A stretch of DNA of 64,000 nt from Actinomyces timonensis (GCF_040702965.1 NZ_CP159989.1:1059678-1123677), one strand, 5' to 3'. Shown: positions 1 to 10,008, counted from the first letter of the stretch. Program-made: numbers and translations. Notes: generated by a model from the letters alone, not told the origin.

Positions 1-1287
1 CGAGCCCTGGCCACCATGGCCCGGGTGGCCTACATCGGGGAGCTCGGCCTCGACGGCGCCGTGCATCCCGTGCGCGGCGTGCTCCCCGCGGTCCTGTCGG
101 CCGTCGAGGCGGGCGTGAGCCGCATAGTGGTCCCCGCCGCCTGCGCGTCGGAGGCCCGCTTGGTGCCGGGAGCGAGCGTTCAGGAGGTCCACCACCTCGG
201 CGAGCTCGTCCAGGGATACGGCGGGCGCCTGCCGCGCGCCGCCGTCGAGATCATGCGTGGCGCCCAGGAGCGCCCGCCGTCCGTCGTCGCCGCACCCGCG
301 GGCGGCCGCGCGGGCTCCGGCCGTCGGGCCGACCTCGCCGACGTCGTCGGGCAGGCTCAGGCCCGCCATGCGCTCGAGGTCGCGGCCGCCGGCGGGCATC
401 ACCTGCTCATGGTCGGGCCGCCCGGAGCGGGCAAGACCATGCTCGCCGAGCGCCTGCCCTCGATCCTGCCTCCCCTGGCCGAGAGCGACGCCGTCACGGT
501 CACCTCCCTGCACTCCCTGGCGGGCCTGCTCAACGCCGACGACGGCCTGCTGGCTGAGCCGCCCATGCGCCGCCCGCACCACACCTCCACGCGCGCCGCC
601 ATCATCGGCGGGGGCTCCGGCCTGCCCCGCCCGGGGGACGTGTCCCTGGCGCACCGGGGCGTCCTCTTCCTCGACGAGGCGCCGGAGTTTCCCGCCAGCG
701 TCCTGGACTGCCTGCGCCAGCCACTGGAGGCCGGGGAGGTGAGCATTGACCGCGTCGGCGGGCGGGCCGACTACCCCGCGGCAATCCAACTCGTGCTCGC
801 CGCCAACCCCTGCCCCTGCGGGCGCGCCAGCGGCAAGGGCCTGGAGTGCGCCTGCACCTCCCTCCAGCGGCGACGCTACTTCTCCCGCCTGTCCGGGCCG
901 CTCCTGGACAGGGTCGACATCCAGGTGGAGGTCGACGCGGTCAGCGCCGCCGACCTCGCCTCGGGCGCGCCCGGGGAGCCGAGCGCCGTGGTGGCCGCGA
1001 GGGTGCTCGCAGCGCGCGAGCGGGCCGCGGCGCGACTGGCGGGAACCCCCTGGCGCCTCAGCTCCCAGGTTCCGGGCTCCTACCTGCGCAGCGAGGAGGG
1101 AGGGGCCGATCCGACCCTCATGCGCCCGCTCATGGAGGCCTTCGATCGGGGCGACCTCACTCTTCGCGGCGTCGACCGCGTTCTCCGCCTGGCCTGGACT
1201 CTCGCCGATCTCGCTGAGCGCGACCGCCCCACCCCGCCCGACCTCGGGGCCGCCCTGGCCCTGCGCACACGAGGAGCCCGCCCATGA
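1..1287 (+). CDS. YifB/ComM-family Mg-chelatase-like AAA+ ATPase, C-terminal part (5' end lies before the window)
   Basis: ORF 16-1287 translation has Walker A 'MVGPPGAGKTM', 'VLFLDEAPEF' and 'NPCPCG' motifs typical of YifB/ComM; sits upstream of dprA as usual. Confidence 0.85.
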   Translation, partial: RALATMARVAYIGELGLDGAVHPVRGVLPAVLSAVEAGVSRIVVPAACASEARLVPGASVQEVHHLGELVQGYGGRLPRAAVEIMRGAQERPPSVVAAPAGGRAGSGRRADLADVVGQAQARHALEVAAAGGHHLLMVGPPGAGKTMLAERLPSILPPLAESDAVTVTSLHSLAGLLNADDGLLAEPPMRRPHHTSTRAAIIGGGSGLPRPGDVSLAHRGVLFLDEAPEFPASVLDCLRQPLEAGEVSIDRVGGRADYPAAIQLVLAANPCPCGRASGKGLECACTSLQRRRYFSRLSGPLLDRVDIQVEVDAVSAADLASGAPGEPSAVVAARVLAARERAAARLAGTPWRLSSQVPGSYLRSEEGGADPTLMRPLMEAFDRGDLTLRGVDRVLRLAWTLADLAERDRPTPPDLGAALALRTRGARP

Positions 1288-2648
1288 GCGCCCGGGACGC
1301 CACCGCTCCTGCCGCCCTCCGCCCCGTCCCGCCGATCGACGGCGCCGCGCCGATGCCGCGGCCTCGGCAGGCGCGACCGGCCGAACCTCCCGATGAGTCG
1401 GATGCCCTGGCCCGCGCCACCTGGTCGCGGCTCGCCGAGCCGGCCGACCACGCCGCGGCCCTCCTCGTGGCCGGCCTCGGCGCGCCCGAGGCCCTGGCCT
1501 GGGCGCGCCACAGGGCCGAGCACGGCTCGGGGTGCCCTGAGCCCCCGCCGTTGCCGGAGCCCCTCCTGGGAGAGGACGCGCCCCACCGATGGGCGAGAGC
1601 GGTGGCGCGATGGGCGCCCAGGCTCGCGGGCCTGGACATCCGCCGCGAGCTCGATGTCCTGGAGCGCTTGGGAGGATCGCTCGTGGTCCCCGGCGATCCC
1701 TGGTGGCCACCGGGCATGGATGATCTCGAGCAGCCTCCCTTCTGCCTCTGGCTGCGCGGGGACCCAGCCCTGCTCGTGGGCCGCGAGGAGACGGGTGCCG
1801 GGGAGGGCGCGCTGGGACTGCCGGCGCGGGAGGACCGCATGGGCGCGGGACGCGGGGCCGGTCACGCGCTCGCGCTCGTCGGCGCCCGGGACTCCACCGC
1901 CTACGGCGAGCGCATGGCCGTCGATCTCGCCCGGGGGCTCACCGAGCGCGGCGCGCTCATCGTCTCCGGCGGCGCCTTCGGCATCGACGCCGCCGCGCAC
2001 CGGGGGGCTCTCACCGCAGGGCCCACGCTGTCCGTCTCGGCCGGGGGAGTGGATCGCCTCTACCCGGCCGGCAACGCCACCTTGCTCCAGGCGGTGGTGG
2101 ACCATGGGGCCTTGGTGGCCGAGGTGCCTCCCGGCAGCCAGCCCGCCCGGCACCGCTTCCTGACCCGCAACAGGATCATCGCCGCGATGACGGGAGCCAC
2201 CATCGTCGTGGAGGCGGCCTGGCGCTCGGGCGCGCTGTCCACCGCCCACCACGCCATGGAGATCGGGCGCCCCGTGGGGGCCGTTCCCGGGCCGGTGACC
2301 TCCATGGCCTCAGGCGGCTGCCACCGCCTCCTGCGCCAGGGCGCGACCTGCGTCACCGACGTCGAGGAGGCCCTCGAGCTGCTCCTCCCCTTGGGCGCCG
2401 TGGACGCCGATGCCCCCAAGGAGGAGCTCTCCGAGGCGCGCCGGCCCGGGCTGCTCGACGGGCTCGACGCCGTCTCCGCCGTCGTCGTCGACGCCCTGCC
2501 CGTGCGCGCGGCGGCCAGCATCGAATCCGTCGCCCGGGCCGCCGGACTGTCCGAGCGGGAGACCCTGGCCGCCCTGGGCGCGCTAGAGCTGGCCGGTCGT
2601 GCCCAGAGGGATGGCGGCTGCTGGCGGCGGCCCGCCCGGCGCCGCTGA
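1284..2648 (+). CDS. dprA: DNA processing protein DprA (Smf)
   Basis: 'LIVSGGAFGIDAAAHRGAL...RFLTRNRIIAAM...GALSTA' Rossmann-fold DprA core; start overlaps upstream stop (ATGA). True start may be later in the ORF. Confidence 0.85.
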   Translation: MSARDATAPAALRPVPPIDGAAPMPRPRQARPAEPPDESDALARATWSRLAEPADHAAALLVAGLGAPEALAWARHRAEHGSGCPEPPPLPEPLLGEDAPHRWARAVARWAPRLAGLDIRRELDVLERLGGSLVVPGDPWWPPGMDDLEQPPFCLWLRGDPALLVGREETGAGEGALGLPAREDRMGAGRGAGHALALVGARDSTAYGERMAVDLARGLTERGALIVSGGAFGIDAAAHRGALTAGPTLSVSAGGVDRLYPAGNATLLQAVVDHGALVAEVPPGSQPARHRFLTRNRIIAAMTGATIVVEAAWRSGALSTAHHAMEIGRPVGAVPGPVTSMASGGCHRLLRQGATCVTDVEEALELLLPLGAVDADAPKEELSEARRPGLLDGLDAVSAVVVDALPVRAAASIESVARAAGLSERETLAALGALELAGRAQRDGGCWRRPARRR

Positions 2649-2686
2649 GCGCCAGCGGTCCGGGCCCGGTCCTCTACCCTGGGCGC

Positions 2687-3658
2687 ATGAGCGGCGACCA
2701 CGGCCCCGGGGCGGGGAAGGACCTGCCCTCCTCGCGCGGGGAGCTGCTGGACTCCTGGTTCCGGCATCTGAGCCTGCAGCGGGGCCTGTCGGAGCACACG
2801 GCGCGCGCCTACGTGGGCGACCTGGAGGACCTGCTCGACTTCCTCGGGGTCGGCGCGGGGGAGGCCGAGCCCATCAGACCCGCCCTGGCCAGCCTCGACC
2901 TGGCCGACCTGCGCGCGTGGCTCGCCGGCATGTCCGGAGCGGGGCGGTCGCGGGCCACCGTGGCCCGGCGCAGTGCCGCGATCCGCGCCTTCTCCACCTG
3001 GGCCCAGCGCTCCGGCCTTCTCCGCTCCGACGTCGCCGCGCGCCTGCGCTCGCCGCGCGTGGACAACCGCCTTCCGACCGTCCTCACCACCGAGCAGGCC
3101 GCCGCGCTCCTGTCCGCGGCGTCCGAGCGCGCCAGCCAGGCCCCACCCGCCGAGCGCCCCCTGGCCGCGCGCGACCTCGCCCTCCTGGAGATCCTCTACG
3201 CCACCGGCATGAGGGTATCCGAGCTCGCCGGACTGGACCTCGGCGACGTCGACGACGGCAGGCGCACCATCCGCGTCCTGGGCAAGGGGGACAAGGAGCG
3301 CGCCGTCCCCTACGGCGCCCCCGCCGCCCGAGCCCTGGAGCGATGGCTCGATCAGCGCCCCGCCCTCGTCCGCCCCCGCACCGGCGCCGCGCTCTTCCTC
3401 GGCGCCAGGGGCGGGCGCGTGGACGCCCGCGCCGTCCGCGAGGTGGTCCACCGTGCCACCGCGGCCGCCGGGGTCCCGGACCTGGGTCCGCACGGGCTGC
3501 GGCACTCGGCCGCGACGCATGTCCTTGGCGGGGGCGCGGACCTGCGCAGCGTCCAGGAGCTCCTGGGCCACTCATCCCTGGCCACCACCCAGCGCTACAC
3601 GCATGTGAGCGCGGAGCGCCTGCGCGCCGTCTACGAGCAGGCCTTCCCCCGGGCTTGA
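2687..3658 (+). CDS. xerC: tyrosine recombinase XerC
   Basis: N-terminal SAM-like domain plus 'ATGMRVSELAGL', 'HGLRHSAATH', 'LLGHSSLATTQRYTHV' catalytic R-H-R-Y motifs. Confidence 0.9.
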   Translation: MSGDHGPGAGKDLPSSRGELLDSWFRHLSLQRGLSEHTARAYVGDLEDLLDFLGVGAGEAEPIRPALASLDLADLRAWLAGMSGAGRSRATVARRSAAIRAFSTWAQRSGLLRSDVAARLRSPRVDNRLPTVLTTEQAAALLSAASERASQAPPAERPLAARDLALLEILYATGMRVSELAGLDLGDVDDGRRTIRVLGKGDKERAVPYGAPAARALERWLDQRPALVRPRTGAALFLGARGGRVDARAVREVVHRATAAAGVPDLGPHGLRHSAATHVLGGGADLRSVQELLGHSSLATTQRYTHVSAERLRAVYEQAFPRA

Positions 3659-3744
3659 GGGCGCGCCCCGGGCGCCCAAGCGCCCATCGACTGGCGCGGG
3701 CGGCCCCGACTGGCGCCGTTCTCGCCGAGTGGAGCGTCCTGCCC

Positions 3745-3820
3745 GCACCAGTGGGTGGGGATGGCACCAGTGGGTGGGGAAGGCATCAGTGGGTGGGGAA
3801 GGCATCAGTGGGCGCGGATG
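3745..3820. repeat. 19-bp tandem repeat, 4 good units plus one degenerate unit (GCAYCAGTGGGTGGGGAWG)
   Basis: Read directly: gcaccagtgggtggggatg / gcaccagtgggtggggaag / gcatcagtgggtggggaag / gcatcagtgggcgcggatg; the last unit encodes the C-terminus and stop of the convergent peptidase gene. Confidence 0.8.
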
Positions 3821-4503
3821 GCGCCAGGCGGCGCGGCGGGCTTGAGGCGGATGACAGGCGGGCGCAGGAGGCGCAAGGGGTTGATATAGGTCTTCCTCCC
3901 AGTCCGGGCGCCCCAGTGGAGAGCGTCAACGCCGTCGGAGCGGTGACCGGGCAGAAGGGTGCCGATCACCTGGCCGGCGCCCACCGCGTCGCCCGCGGCC
4001 ACCGTGGGCGCCACCGGCTCATAGGTGGTGCGGATCCCGTCCGCGTGATCGATCGAGACCACGGGGCGCCCTGCCACCATCCCCGCGAAGGCCACCGTGC
4101 CCGCGCCCGCCGCGCGCACGGGGCTGCCCGCGGCCACTGCCAGGTCGACGCCGCGGTGCCCCTGGCCCCAGGCGACGGCGGGAGGATCGAATCCCTCGAC
4201 CACCGCCACCGGCCCACCCGTGGGCCACGCGTAGCGCGTGCGCCGGTGCGCATCATCGGCGCGCTCCAACGGCGCGCTCGCGGGGAGGACCGCACTGCGC
4301 GTCGCCGCTTCGGCGCTGGGCCCCGCGGACGGGCTTCCGACGGTGGGGGAGGGGATGAGCGCCGCGAGGGCCAGGGCGGCGAAAGGCGCGACCAGCAGGA
4401 GCGGCGCGCGGCGCGGCCGTGGGGAGGCGTGGGGGATCAGGGCGGAGGCAGCGGGCGGGGCCGCCAGTGAGGCGGGTGGCGGCACGGGCGGTGAGATCGG
4501 CAT
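3805..4503 (-). CDS. secreted M23-family metallopeptidase (peptidoglycan endopeptidase-like)
   Basis: N-terminal signal/TM region ([18 protein letters not shown]) then '[17 protein letters not shown]...[26 protein letters not shown]...[16 protein letters not shown]...GQVIGTL' LytM/M23 motifs; same position relative to xerC/rpsB as in mycobacteria. Confidence 0.75.
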   Translation of the reverse strand: MPISPPVPPPASLAAPPAASALIPHASPRPRRAPLLLVAPFAALALAALIPSPTVGSPSAGPSAEAATRSAVLPASAPLERADDAHRRTRYAWPTGGPVAVVEGFDPPAVAWGQGHRGVDLAVAAGSPVRAAGAGTVAFAGMVAGRPVVSIDHADGIRTTYEPVAPTVAAGDAVGAGQVIGTLLPGHRSDGVDALHWGARTGRKTYINPLRLLRPPVIRLKPAAPPGAIRAH

Positions 4504-5065
4504 GGCCTCATGCTCGGCCTCCTCAGCGCTCCCCGGCTCCCGGCCCCCACAGGAGCGCCGGGAGCCGCCGCGCCGCCATGCCTGTGGTTCCCGGGTGAGG
4601 CCCGGCCCCGTGACGAGAACGACACCTGGGCAGTGGCATCATCGCCCGTCACGATGCGGAAAGGTCGATATCGCTGTGATAGCCTCACGGGCGCGGTTCG
4701 CTGTGATGCGCGTCGGCCGGGTTCCCTCGGGAGCACCGGTCGGGCGCGGGCCCGGATCCTCTGGATCCCGGGAAGCGGCGACCGACTTCGCGTGCCCGCC
4801 CCCAGCGCTCCCGGGCTCTGGGGACGTCCTTTCGGGCGCCGCGGTCGCGGTCCCGCACGGCCCACCCCCGAAGCACCGGGGGGGCGCAGGCGGGTGGCCG
4901 CGCGTCGCGGGCACCAGGCCCTATCCGCCCGCTCCAGGGCGGACCCGGCGCGTCCGGGCACGGGGGATCAACTCAAAGAACCCATTGGGACGCCGTCGCC
5001 GATCGGCGGCGCCCCCTCACACACGGCGGACCGGGCAGCCCCCCGGCCGCGCGAAAGGACAAGTC

Positions 5066-5900
5066 ATGGCAGTCGTGACCATGCGCCAGCTCCTCGAGTC
5101 CGGTGTCCACTTCGGGCACCAGACCCGCCGGTGGAACCCCAAGATGAAGCGCTTCATCCTCACCGAGCGCAACGGCATCTACGTCATCGACCTCACGAAG
5201 TCCGTCGACGGCATCAACACCGCCTACGACTTCGTCAAGGAGACCGTCGCCCGCGGCGGCAGCATCCTCTTCGTCGGCACCAAGAAGCAGGCGCAGGCCG
5301 CCGTGGCCGAGCAGGCCCAGCGCGTCGGCATGCCCTACGTCAACCAGCGCTGGCTGGGCGGCATGCTCACCAACTTCTCCACCGTGCGCGCCCGCCTGGA
5401 CCGCATGAAGGAGCTTCGAGCAGATCGACTTCGACGACGTGGCCGGCTCCGGCCGCACGAAGAAGGAGCTGCTCATGATGCGCCGCGAGAAGGACAAACT
5501 CATCCGCACCCTCGGCGGTATCCGCGACATGGCCAAGCTCCCCGCCGCCGTGTGGGTCGTGGACACGAAGAAGGAGCACCTGGCCATCTCCGAGGCCTCC
5601 AAGCTCAACATCCCGGTCATCGCGATCCTCGACACCAACTGCGACCCCGACGAGGTCACCTACGGCATCCCGGGCAATGACGACGCCATCCGCTCCGTCA
5701 GCCTGCTCACCCGCGTCGTCGCCGACGCCGCCGCCGAGGGCCTCCTCGCCCGCTCCGCCGGCCGTGCCCGCACCGGCTCCGAGGCCGAGGCCGGCAGCCC
5801 CGAGGCCGAGCCGCTGCCCGAGTGGGAGGCCGAGCTCCTCGCCGGTGCCGAGGCCGCCGCGACCGAGCAGCCCGCCGACGCCCCGGCCGAGCGGGCCTGA
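5066..5900 (+). CDS. rpsB: 30S ribosomal protein S2, reading frame broken by an apparent 1-nt insertion near 5415-5416 (fragments 5066-5418 and ~5420-5900)
   Basis: '[31 protein letters not shown]...[12 protein letters not shown]' then a frame switch to '...[19 protein letters not shown]...[16 protein letters not shown]...GNDDAIRS'; removing one t from gagcTTcgag restores ...[20 protein letters not shown]. Confidence 0.85.
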
Positions 5901-5944
5901 GCGCCCCTGACGACATTCCCCACTCTTCAACACCAGGAGAATCC

Positions 5945-6784
5945 ATGGCGAACTACACCACTGCTGACATCAAGGCGCTCCGCGAGAAGACCGGCGCCGG
6001 CATGCTCGACGTCAAGAAGGCCCTCGACGAGGCCAACGGCGACGTCGACAAGGCCATCGAGATCATTCGCGTCAAGGGCCTCAAGGGCATCGCCAAGCGC
6101 GAGGGCCGCGCCGCCTCGGCCGGGCTCATCGCCGCCAAGGTCGTCGACGACGCCGACGGCCAGACCGGCGTGCTCGTCGAGATCAATGCCGAGACCGACT
6201 TCGTGGCCAAGAACGAGAAGTTCCTCGGCTACGCCGACAAGGTCCTCTCCGCCGCCCTGGCCTCCGGCGCCGAGTCCGCCGAGGCCCTGGCCGAGGTCGA
6301 GGTCGACGGCTCAACCGTCAAGGACCTCACCGACTCCATGCAGGCCGTCATCGGCGAGAAGATCGTCGTGCGCCGCGTCGGCCGCCTGAGCGCCCCCAAG
6401 GTGGAGCTCTACCTGCACCGCACCAATCCCGACCTGCCTGCCCAGGTGGGCGTGCTCGTCGGCACCGACGCCAAGGCCGCCGAGGTGGCTCACGACGTCG
6501 CGATGCACACCGCCGCCTACTCCCCGGCCTACGCCACCCGTGAGGACGTCCCCGCCGACATCGTCGACAAGGAGCGCTCCATCGCCGAGGAGACCACCCG
6601 CGCCGAGGGCAAGCCCGAGAAGGCCATCCCGAAGATCGTCGAGGGCCGCCTGGGCGGCTTCTTCAAGGAGAACTGCCTCGTCGAGCAGGCCTTCGCGAAG
6701 GACCCCAAGACCACCGTCGGCAAGGTCATCGAGGCCACCGGCGGCGAGCTCCTCGGCTTCGTCCGCTTCCGCGTCGGCGCCTGA
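5945..6784 (+). CDS. tsf: elongation factor Ts
   Basis: 'MANYTTADIKALREKTGAGMLDVKKALDEANGDVDKAIEIIRVKG' UBA-like N-terminus and EF-Ts dimerisation domain; follows rpsB. Confidence 0.9.
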   Translation: MANYTTADIKALREKTGAGMLDVKKALDEANGDVDKAIEIIRVKGLKGIAKREGRAASAGLIAAKVVDDADGQTGVLVEINAETDFVAKNEKFLGYADKVLSAALASGAESAEALAEVEVDGSTVKDLTDSMQAVIGEKIVVRRVGRLSAPKVELYLHRTNPDLPAQVGVLVGTDAKAAEVAHDVAMHTAAYSPAYATREDVPADIVDKERSIAEETTRAEGKPEKAIPKIVEGRLGGFFKENCLVEQAFAKDPKTTVGKVIEATGGELLGFVRFRVGA

Positions 6785-6796
6785 TCGCGAAAGCCC

Positions 6797-6850
6797 GCTG
6801 ACCAGTGGTCAGCGATAGCGCGGCCCCCGGTCCCCCGTGGACCGGGGGCC
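6797..6850. terminator. two GC-rich hairpins (bidirectional terminator) between convergent tsf and the symporter operon
   Basis: GCTGACC-agt-GGTCAGC (6797-6813) and GGCCCCCGGTCC-cccgt-GGACCGGGGGCC (6822-6850), both perfect stems. Confidence 0.6.
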
Positions 6851-6940
6851 GCGGCGCGTGACGCGATGGCGGCGGAGAGGGGCCCGGACCATGGCGCCCA
6901 TGGATCCGGGCCCCTCTCGCGCGATGGGGGGCCGCCGGGC

Positions 6941-7213
6941 TCAGCCCTGGCGCTGGGCCCCGGGATCGGAGGGGGAGCCGCTCGAGCCCTCGTCCGGGTC
7001 GCCGGGGGAGGTGGCCCACCACAGGGCCATGAGCACCGCCACGACGATGAGGGCGATGCCCGCCCACAGGTTCGCGTTGACGCCGCCGGTCTTGGCCATC
7101 GCCTCCTCCCCGTTGAGGAATCCCGAGCAGACGAGCAGGAAGAGGCCGAAGATGCCGAGGACCGCGGCGATGACCGTGCGGATGTCGGCCAGGATCTTTG
7201 ACAGCAGTGACAT
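6941..7213 (-). CDS. small two-TM membrane protein immediately downstream of the symporter (possible transporter accessory subunit)
   Basis: 90-aa ORF, two hydrophobic helices (VIAAVLGIFGLFLLV; WAGIALIVVAVLMALWW); 12 bp after the symporter stop. Confidence 0.5.
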   Translation of the reverse strand: MSLLSKILADIRTVIAAVLGIFGLFLLVCSGFLNGEEAMAKTGGVNANLWAGIALIVVAVLMALWWATSPGDPDEGSSGSPSDPGAQRQG

Positions 7214-7225
7214 GTCTGTGGCTCC

Positions 7226-8977
7226 TCAGTGGAAGATCGAGTTGAGCAGGATGACGAGCGCGCCCGCGCAGATCGCCAGCGGGACCGGCTTGCGGAACCA
7301 GGGCAGCGCGGCCTCGTTCGGGTCCGCGCGCGTCTCGTGCGGCGTGAGGGAGTAGACGAAGCCCTCCAGCTCCGCGGCGGGCTTGGGCGCGGTCATCAAC
7401 GAGACGACGACGGTCACGAGGATGTCGACGGCGAAGGCCGTGCCTGCGGCGAGGAAGGCCAGGCCCTGGCCGGGCAGCGTCAGGCGCCCCGTCCAGGACG
7501 CCACGTTGAGCGCGAGTGCCGCCAGCGTCCCGCAGGCCAGCCCGGACCAGCCCGCGTGGCTCGTGGCCCGGCGCCAGAGCATCCCGATGATGAACGTGGC
7601 GAACAGCGGCGCGTTGAACATGGAGAAGAGCTGCTGGAGGTAGTCCATGAGGTTGGAGTAGTTCGAGGCGATGAGCGCGGTGAAGATCGCGACGGTCGTG
7701 GCGATCGCCGTCGTCAGCTTGCCCATGCGCAAGTAGGTGGCGTCATCGGCCCTCGTGTTGATGTAGCGCTCGTAGAGGTCCACGGTGACCACGGTGTTGA
7801 AGGCGGAGATGTTCGCAGCCATGCCCGCCATGAAGGAGGCCAGCAGGCCGGTGATCGCCAGTCCCAGCAGGCCGTTGGGCAGGACGTCGCGCATGAGCAG
7901 CAGGACGGCGTCGTTGTAGGTGACCTCCCCGCTGGCGGTCGCGCCGCTGAGCGAGGACTGCTTGAGCCCGATGATCTCGGAGACGAGGACCGCGGCCACC
8001 ATGCCCGGGATGATGACGAGGAAGGGCACGACCATCTTGGCGAAGGTGCCGATGATCGGGGCTGAGCGCGCCGCCGATATCGAGTCGGCCGCCATGGCGC
8101 GCTGGACCTCCACGAAGTTCGTCGTCCAGTAGCCGAAGGATAGGACGAAGCCCAGGCCGAAGACGATCCCGAAGACGGACAGGGCCGAGGAGTCGAAGCC
8201 GGACAGCAGGTTGCCGGGCCAGGAGTGCAGCTGCGCGCCGGGGTCCGCGTAGGCCCCGGCGCCGTGGGTGGTGGCCGCCTCTGTGATCTTCTCCTTGAGG
8301 CCGCTCCACCAGCCCACGCGGTTGAGGCCGACGAGGGTCAGCGGCAGCAGCGCCACGATGATGACGAAGAACTGGAGGACCTCGTTGTAGATCGCGGCGG
8401 ACAGCCCGCCCAGGCTGATGTAGCTGAAGACGATGACGGCGGCGACGATGAGCGCCACCCACAGCGGCCACCCCAGCAGGCGGTGGACGATCGAGCCCAG
8501 GAGGTACAGGTTGACGCCGGCGATGAGCAGCTGGGCCAGCGCGAAGGAGAGGGCGTTGATGAGGTGAGCGGCCTTGCCGTAGCGCTTGAGCATGAACTCT
8601 GGCACGGAGCGCACGCCGGAGCCGTAGTAGAAGGGCATCATGACCAGGCCCAGGAAGATCATGGCCGGGATGGCGCCGATCCAGAAGTAGTGGAAGGTCG
8701 GCAGGCCGTACTGGGCGCCGTTGGCGGACATGCCCATGATCTCGACGGCGCCGAGGTTGGCCGACACGAAGGCGATGCCGGTCACCCAGGCGGGCAGGGA
8801 GCGGCCGGAGGTGAGGAAGTCGTCGGACGAGGCCATGCGCCGCTTGGCCATGAAGCCGACCCCCACGACGAAGGCGAAGTAGACGATGATGGGGAAGTAG
8901 TCGTACCAGCGGGCCTCCAGCAGGGTGGAGGAGCTCGACGCGGCGAGGGATGGGATCAGGTGGGATGCGGTCATCAA
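7226..8977 (-). CDS. sodium:solute symporter family transporter (ActP/MctC-like monocarboxylate symporter)
   Basis: 583 aa, ~13 TM helices, SSS-family signatures (GR.LP......FVSANLGA.E..G....G...G....YFW..A). Confidence 0.8.
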   Translation of the reverse strand: MMTASHLIPSLAASSSSTLLEARWYDYFPIIVYFAFVVGVGFMAKRRMASSDDFLTSGRSLPAWVTGIAFVSANLGAVEIMGMSANGAQYGLPTFHYFWIGAIPAMIFLGLVMMPFYYGSGVRSVPEFMLKRYGKAAHLINALSFALAQLLIAGVNLYLLGSIVHRLLGWPLWVALIVAAVIVFSYISLGGLSAAIYNEVLQFFVIIVALLPLTLVGLNRVGWWSGLKEKITEAATTHGAGAYADPGAQLHSWPGNLLSGFDSSALSVFGIVFGLGFVLSFGYWTTNFVEVQRAMAADSISAARSAPIIGTFAKMVVPFLVIIPGMVAAVLVSEIIGLKQSSLSGATASGEVTYNDAVLLLMRDVLPNGLLGLAITGLLASFMAGMAANISAFNTVVTVDLYERYINTRADDATYLRMGKLTTAIATTVAIFTALIASNYSNLMDYLQQLFSMFNAPLFATFIIGMLWRRATSHAGWSGLACGTLAALALNVASWTGRLTLPGQGLAFLAAGTAFAVDILVTVVVSLMTAPKPAAELEGFVYSLTPHETRADPNEAALPWFRKPVPLAICAGALVILLNSIFH

Positions 8978-9249
8978 CGCCTCCTGGATGTGAGCTGCGA
9001 CACTTGAATGGGTCTTCTCCGTGAGCCTAACGCCCGTGTTAAGGGATTGTGACCGTTTCGCCCCACCGATCCGCCCGGATCACCCGCCCGCTCCGCCATC
9101 CCGCCGCCCCATGTGGGCCTTCCGCGGCGGCGCGAGCGGGTAGTCTCTACCGGACGGCTCCAGGCCCGCCCACGACCACCGCCCCGCCGAGGCGCGGGCG
9201 TCTCCCGGCGGCCGCGCGGGCGATCCACGGCACAGGCAGAGAGGCAGAG

Positions 9250-10008
9250 ATGGCAGACAAGAGCAGCAGAGACGACCGCGTCGCGCACGGCCACCACCCG
9301 CGGCGCGTCCTGCTCAAGCTCTCGGGCGAGGTCTTCGGCGGAGGCTCCATCGGCCTCGATCCCGACGTCGTCTCCGATGCCGCCACGCAGATCGCCGACG
9401 CCGTGCGCGCCGGGGTCCAGGTCGCCGTCGTCGTCGGCGGGGGAAACTTCTTCCGCGGCGCCGAGCTGTCGGCCCGCGGAATGGAGCGCGCCCGCGCCGA
9501 CTACATGGGCATGCTCGGCACCGTCATGAACGCCCTGGCCCTCCAGGACTTCATCGAGAAGGCCGGGGTTCCCGCCCGCGTGCAGACCGCCATCGCCATG
9601 GGGCAGGTGGCCGAGTCCTACATCCCGCTGCGCGCCATCCGCCACCTGGAGAAGGGGCGCGTCGTCGTCTTCGGGGCGGGCGCGGGCCTGCCCTACTTCT
9701 CCACGGACACCGTCGCCGCTCAGCGAGCCTTGGAGACCGGCTGCGAAGAGCTGCTGGTCGGTAAGAACGGGGTCGATGGCGTCTACACGGCGGACCCCCG
9801 CAAGGACCCCAGCGCCGTCAAGCTCGACCACCTCACCTATGAGCGCGCCCTGGCGGACGGGCTCGCCGTCGTCGACGCCTCCGCCTTCGCCCTCTCCCGC
9901 GACAACGGCCTGACGATGCGCGTGTTCGGGATGGGCGAGGACGGCAACATCACCAAGGCCCTCCTGGGTGAGAAGATCGGCACGCTCGTCTCCAGCGGGA
10001 GGCCCTGA
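9250..10008 (+). CDS. pyrH: UMP kinase
   Basis: '[13 protein letters not shown]...[13 protein letters not shown]...[14 protein letters not shown]...[17 protein letters not shown]' amino-acid-kinase fold. Confidence 0.9.
   Translation: MADKSSRDDRVAHGHHPRRVLLKLSGEVFGGGSIGLDPDVVSDAATQIADAVRAGVQVAVVVGGGNFFRGAELSARGMERARADYMGMLGTVMNALALQDFIEKAGVPARVQTAIAMGQVAESYIPLRAIRHLEKGRVVVFGAGAGLPYFSTDTVAAQRALETGCEELLVGKNGVDGVYTADPRKDPSAVKLDHLTYERALADGLAVVDASAFALSRDNGLTMRVFGMGEDGNITKALLGEKIGTLVSSGRP

Noticed and set aside
1080-4470. Long ORFs antisense to dprA/xerC, and many similar 300-900-aa ORFs antisense to proS, infB, norZ, pnp, ftsI etc.
   Set aside because: Arg/Gly/Pro-rich low-complexity translations with poor GC3 bias opposite well-supported genes; these are spurious frames expected in 70% GC DNA.
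5411-5420. Programmed +1/-1 ribosomal frameshifting in rpsB and pnp
   Set aside because: No slippery heptamer or stimulatory structure. The same GCTTC context recurs in unrelated genes on both strands, pointing to a sequencing artefact.
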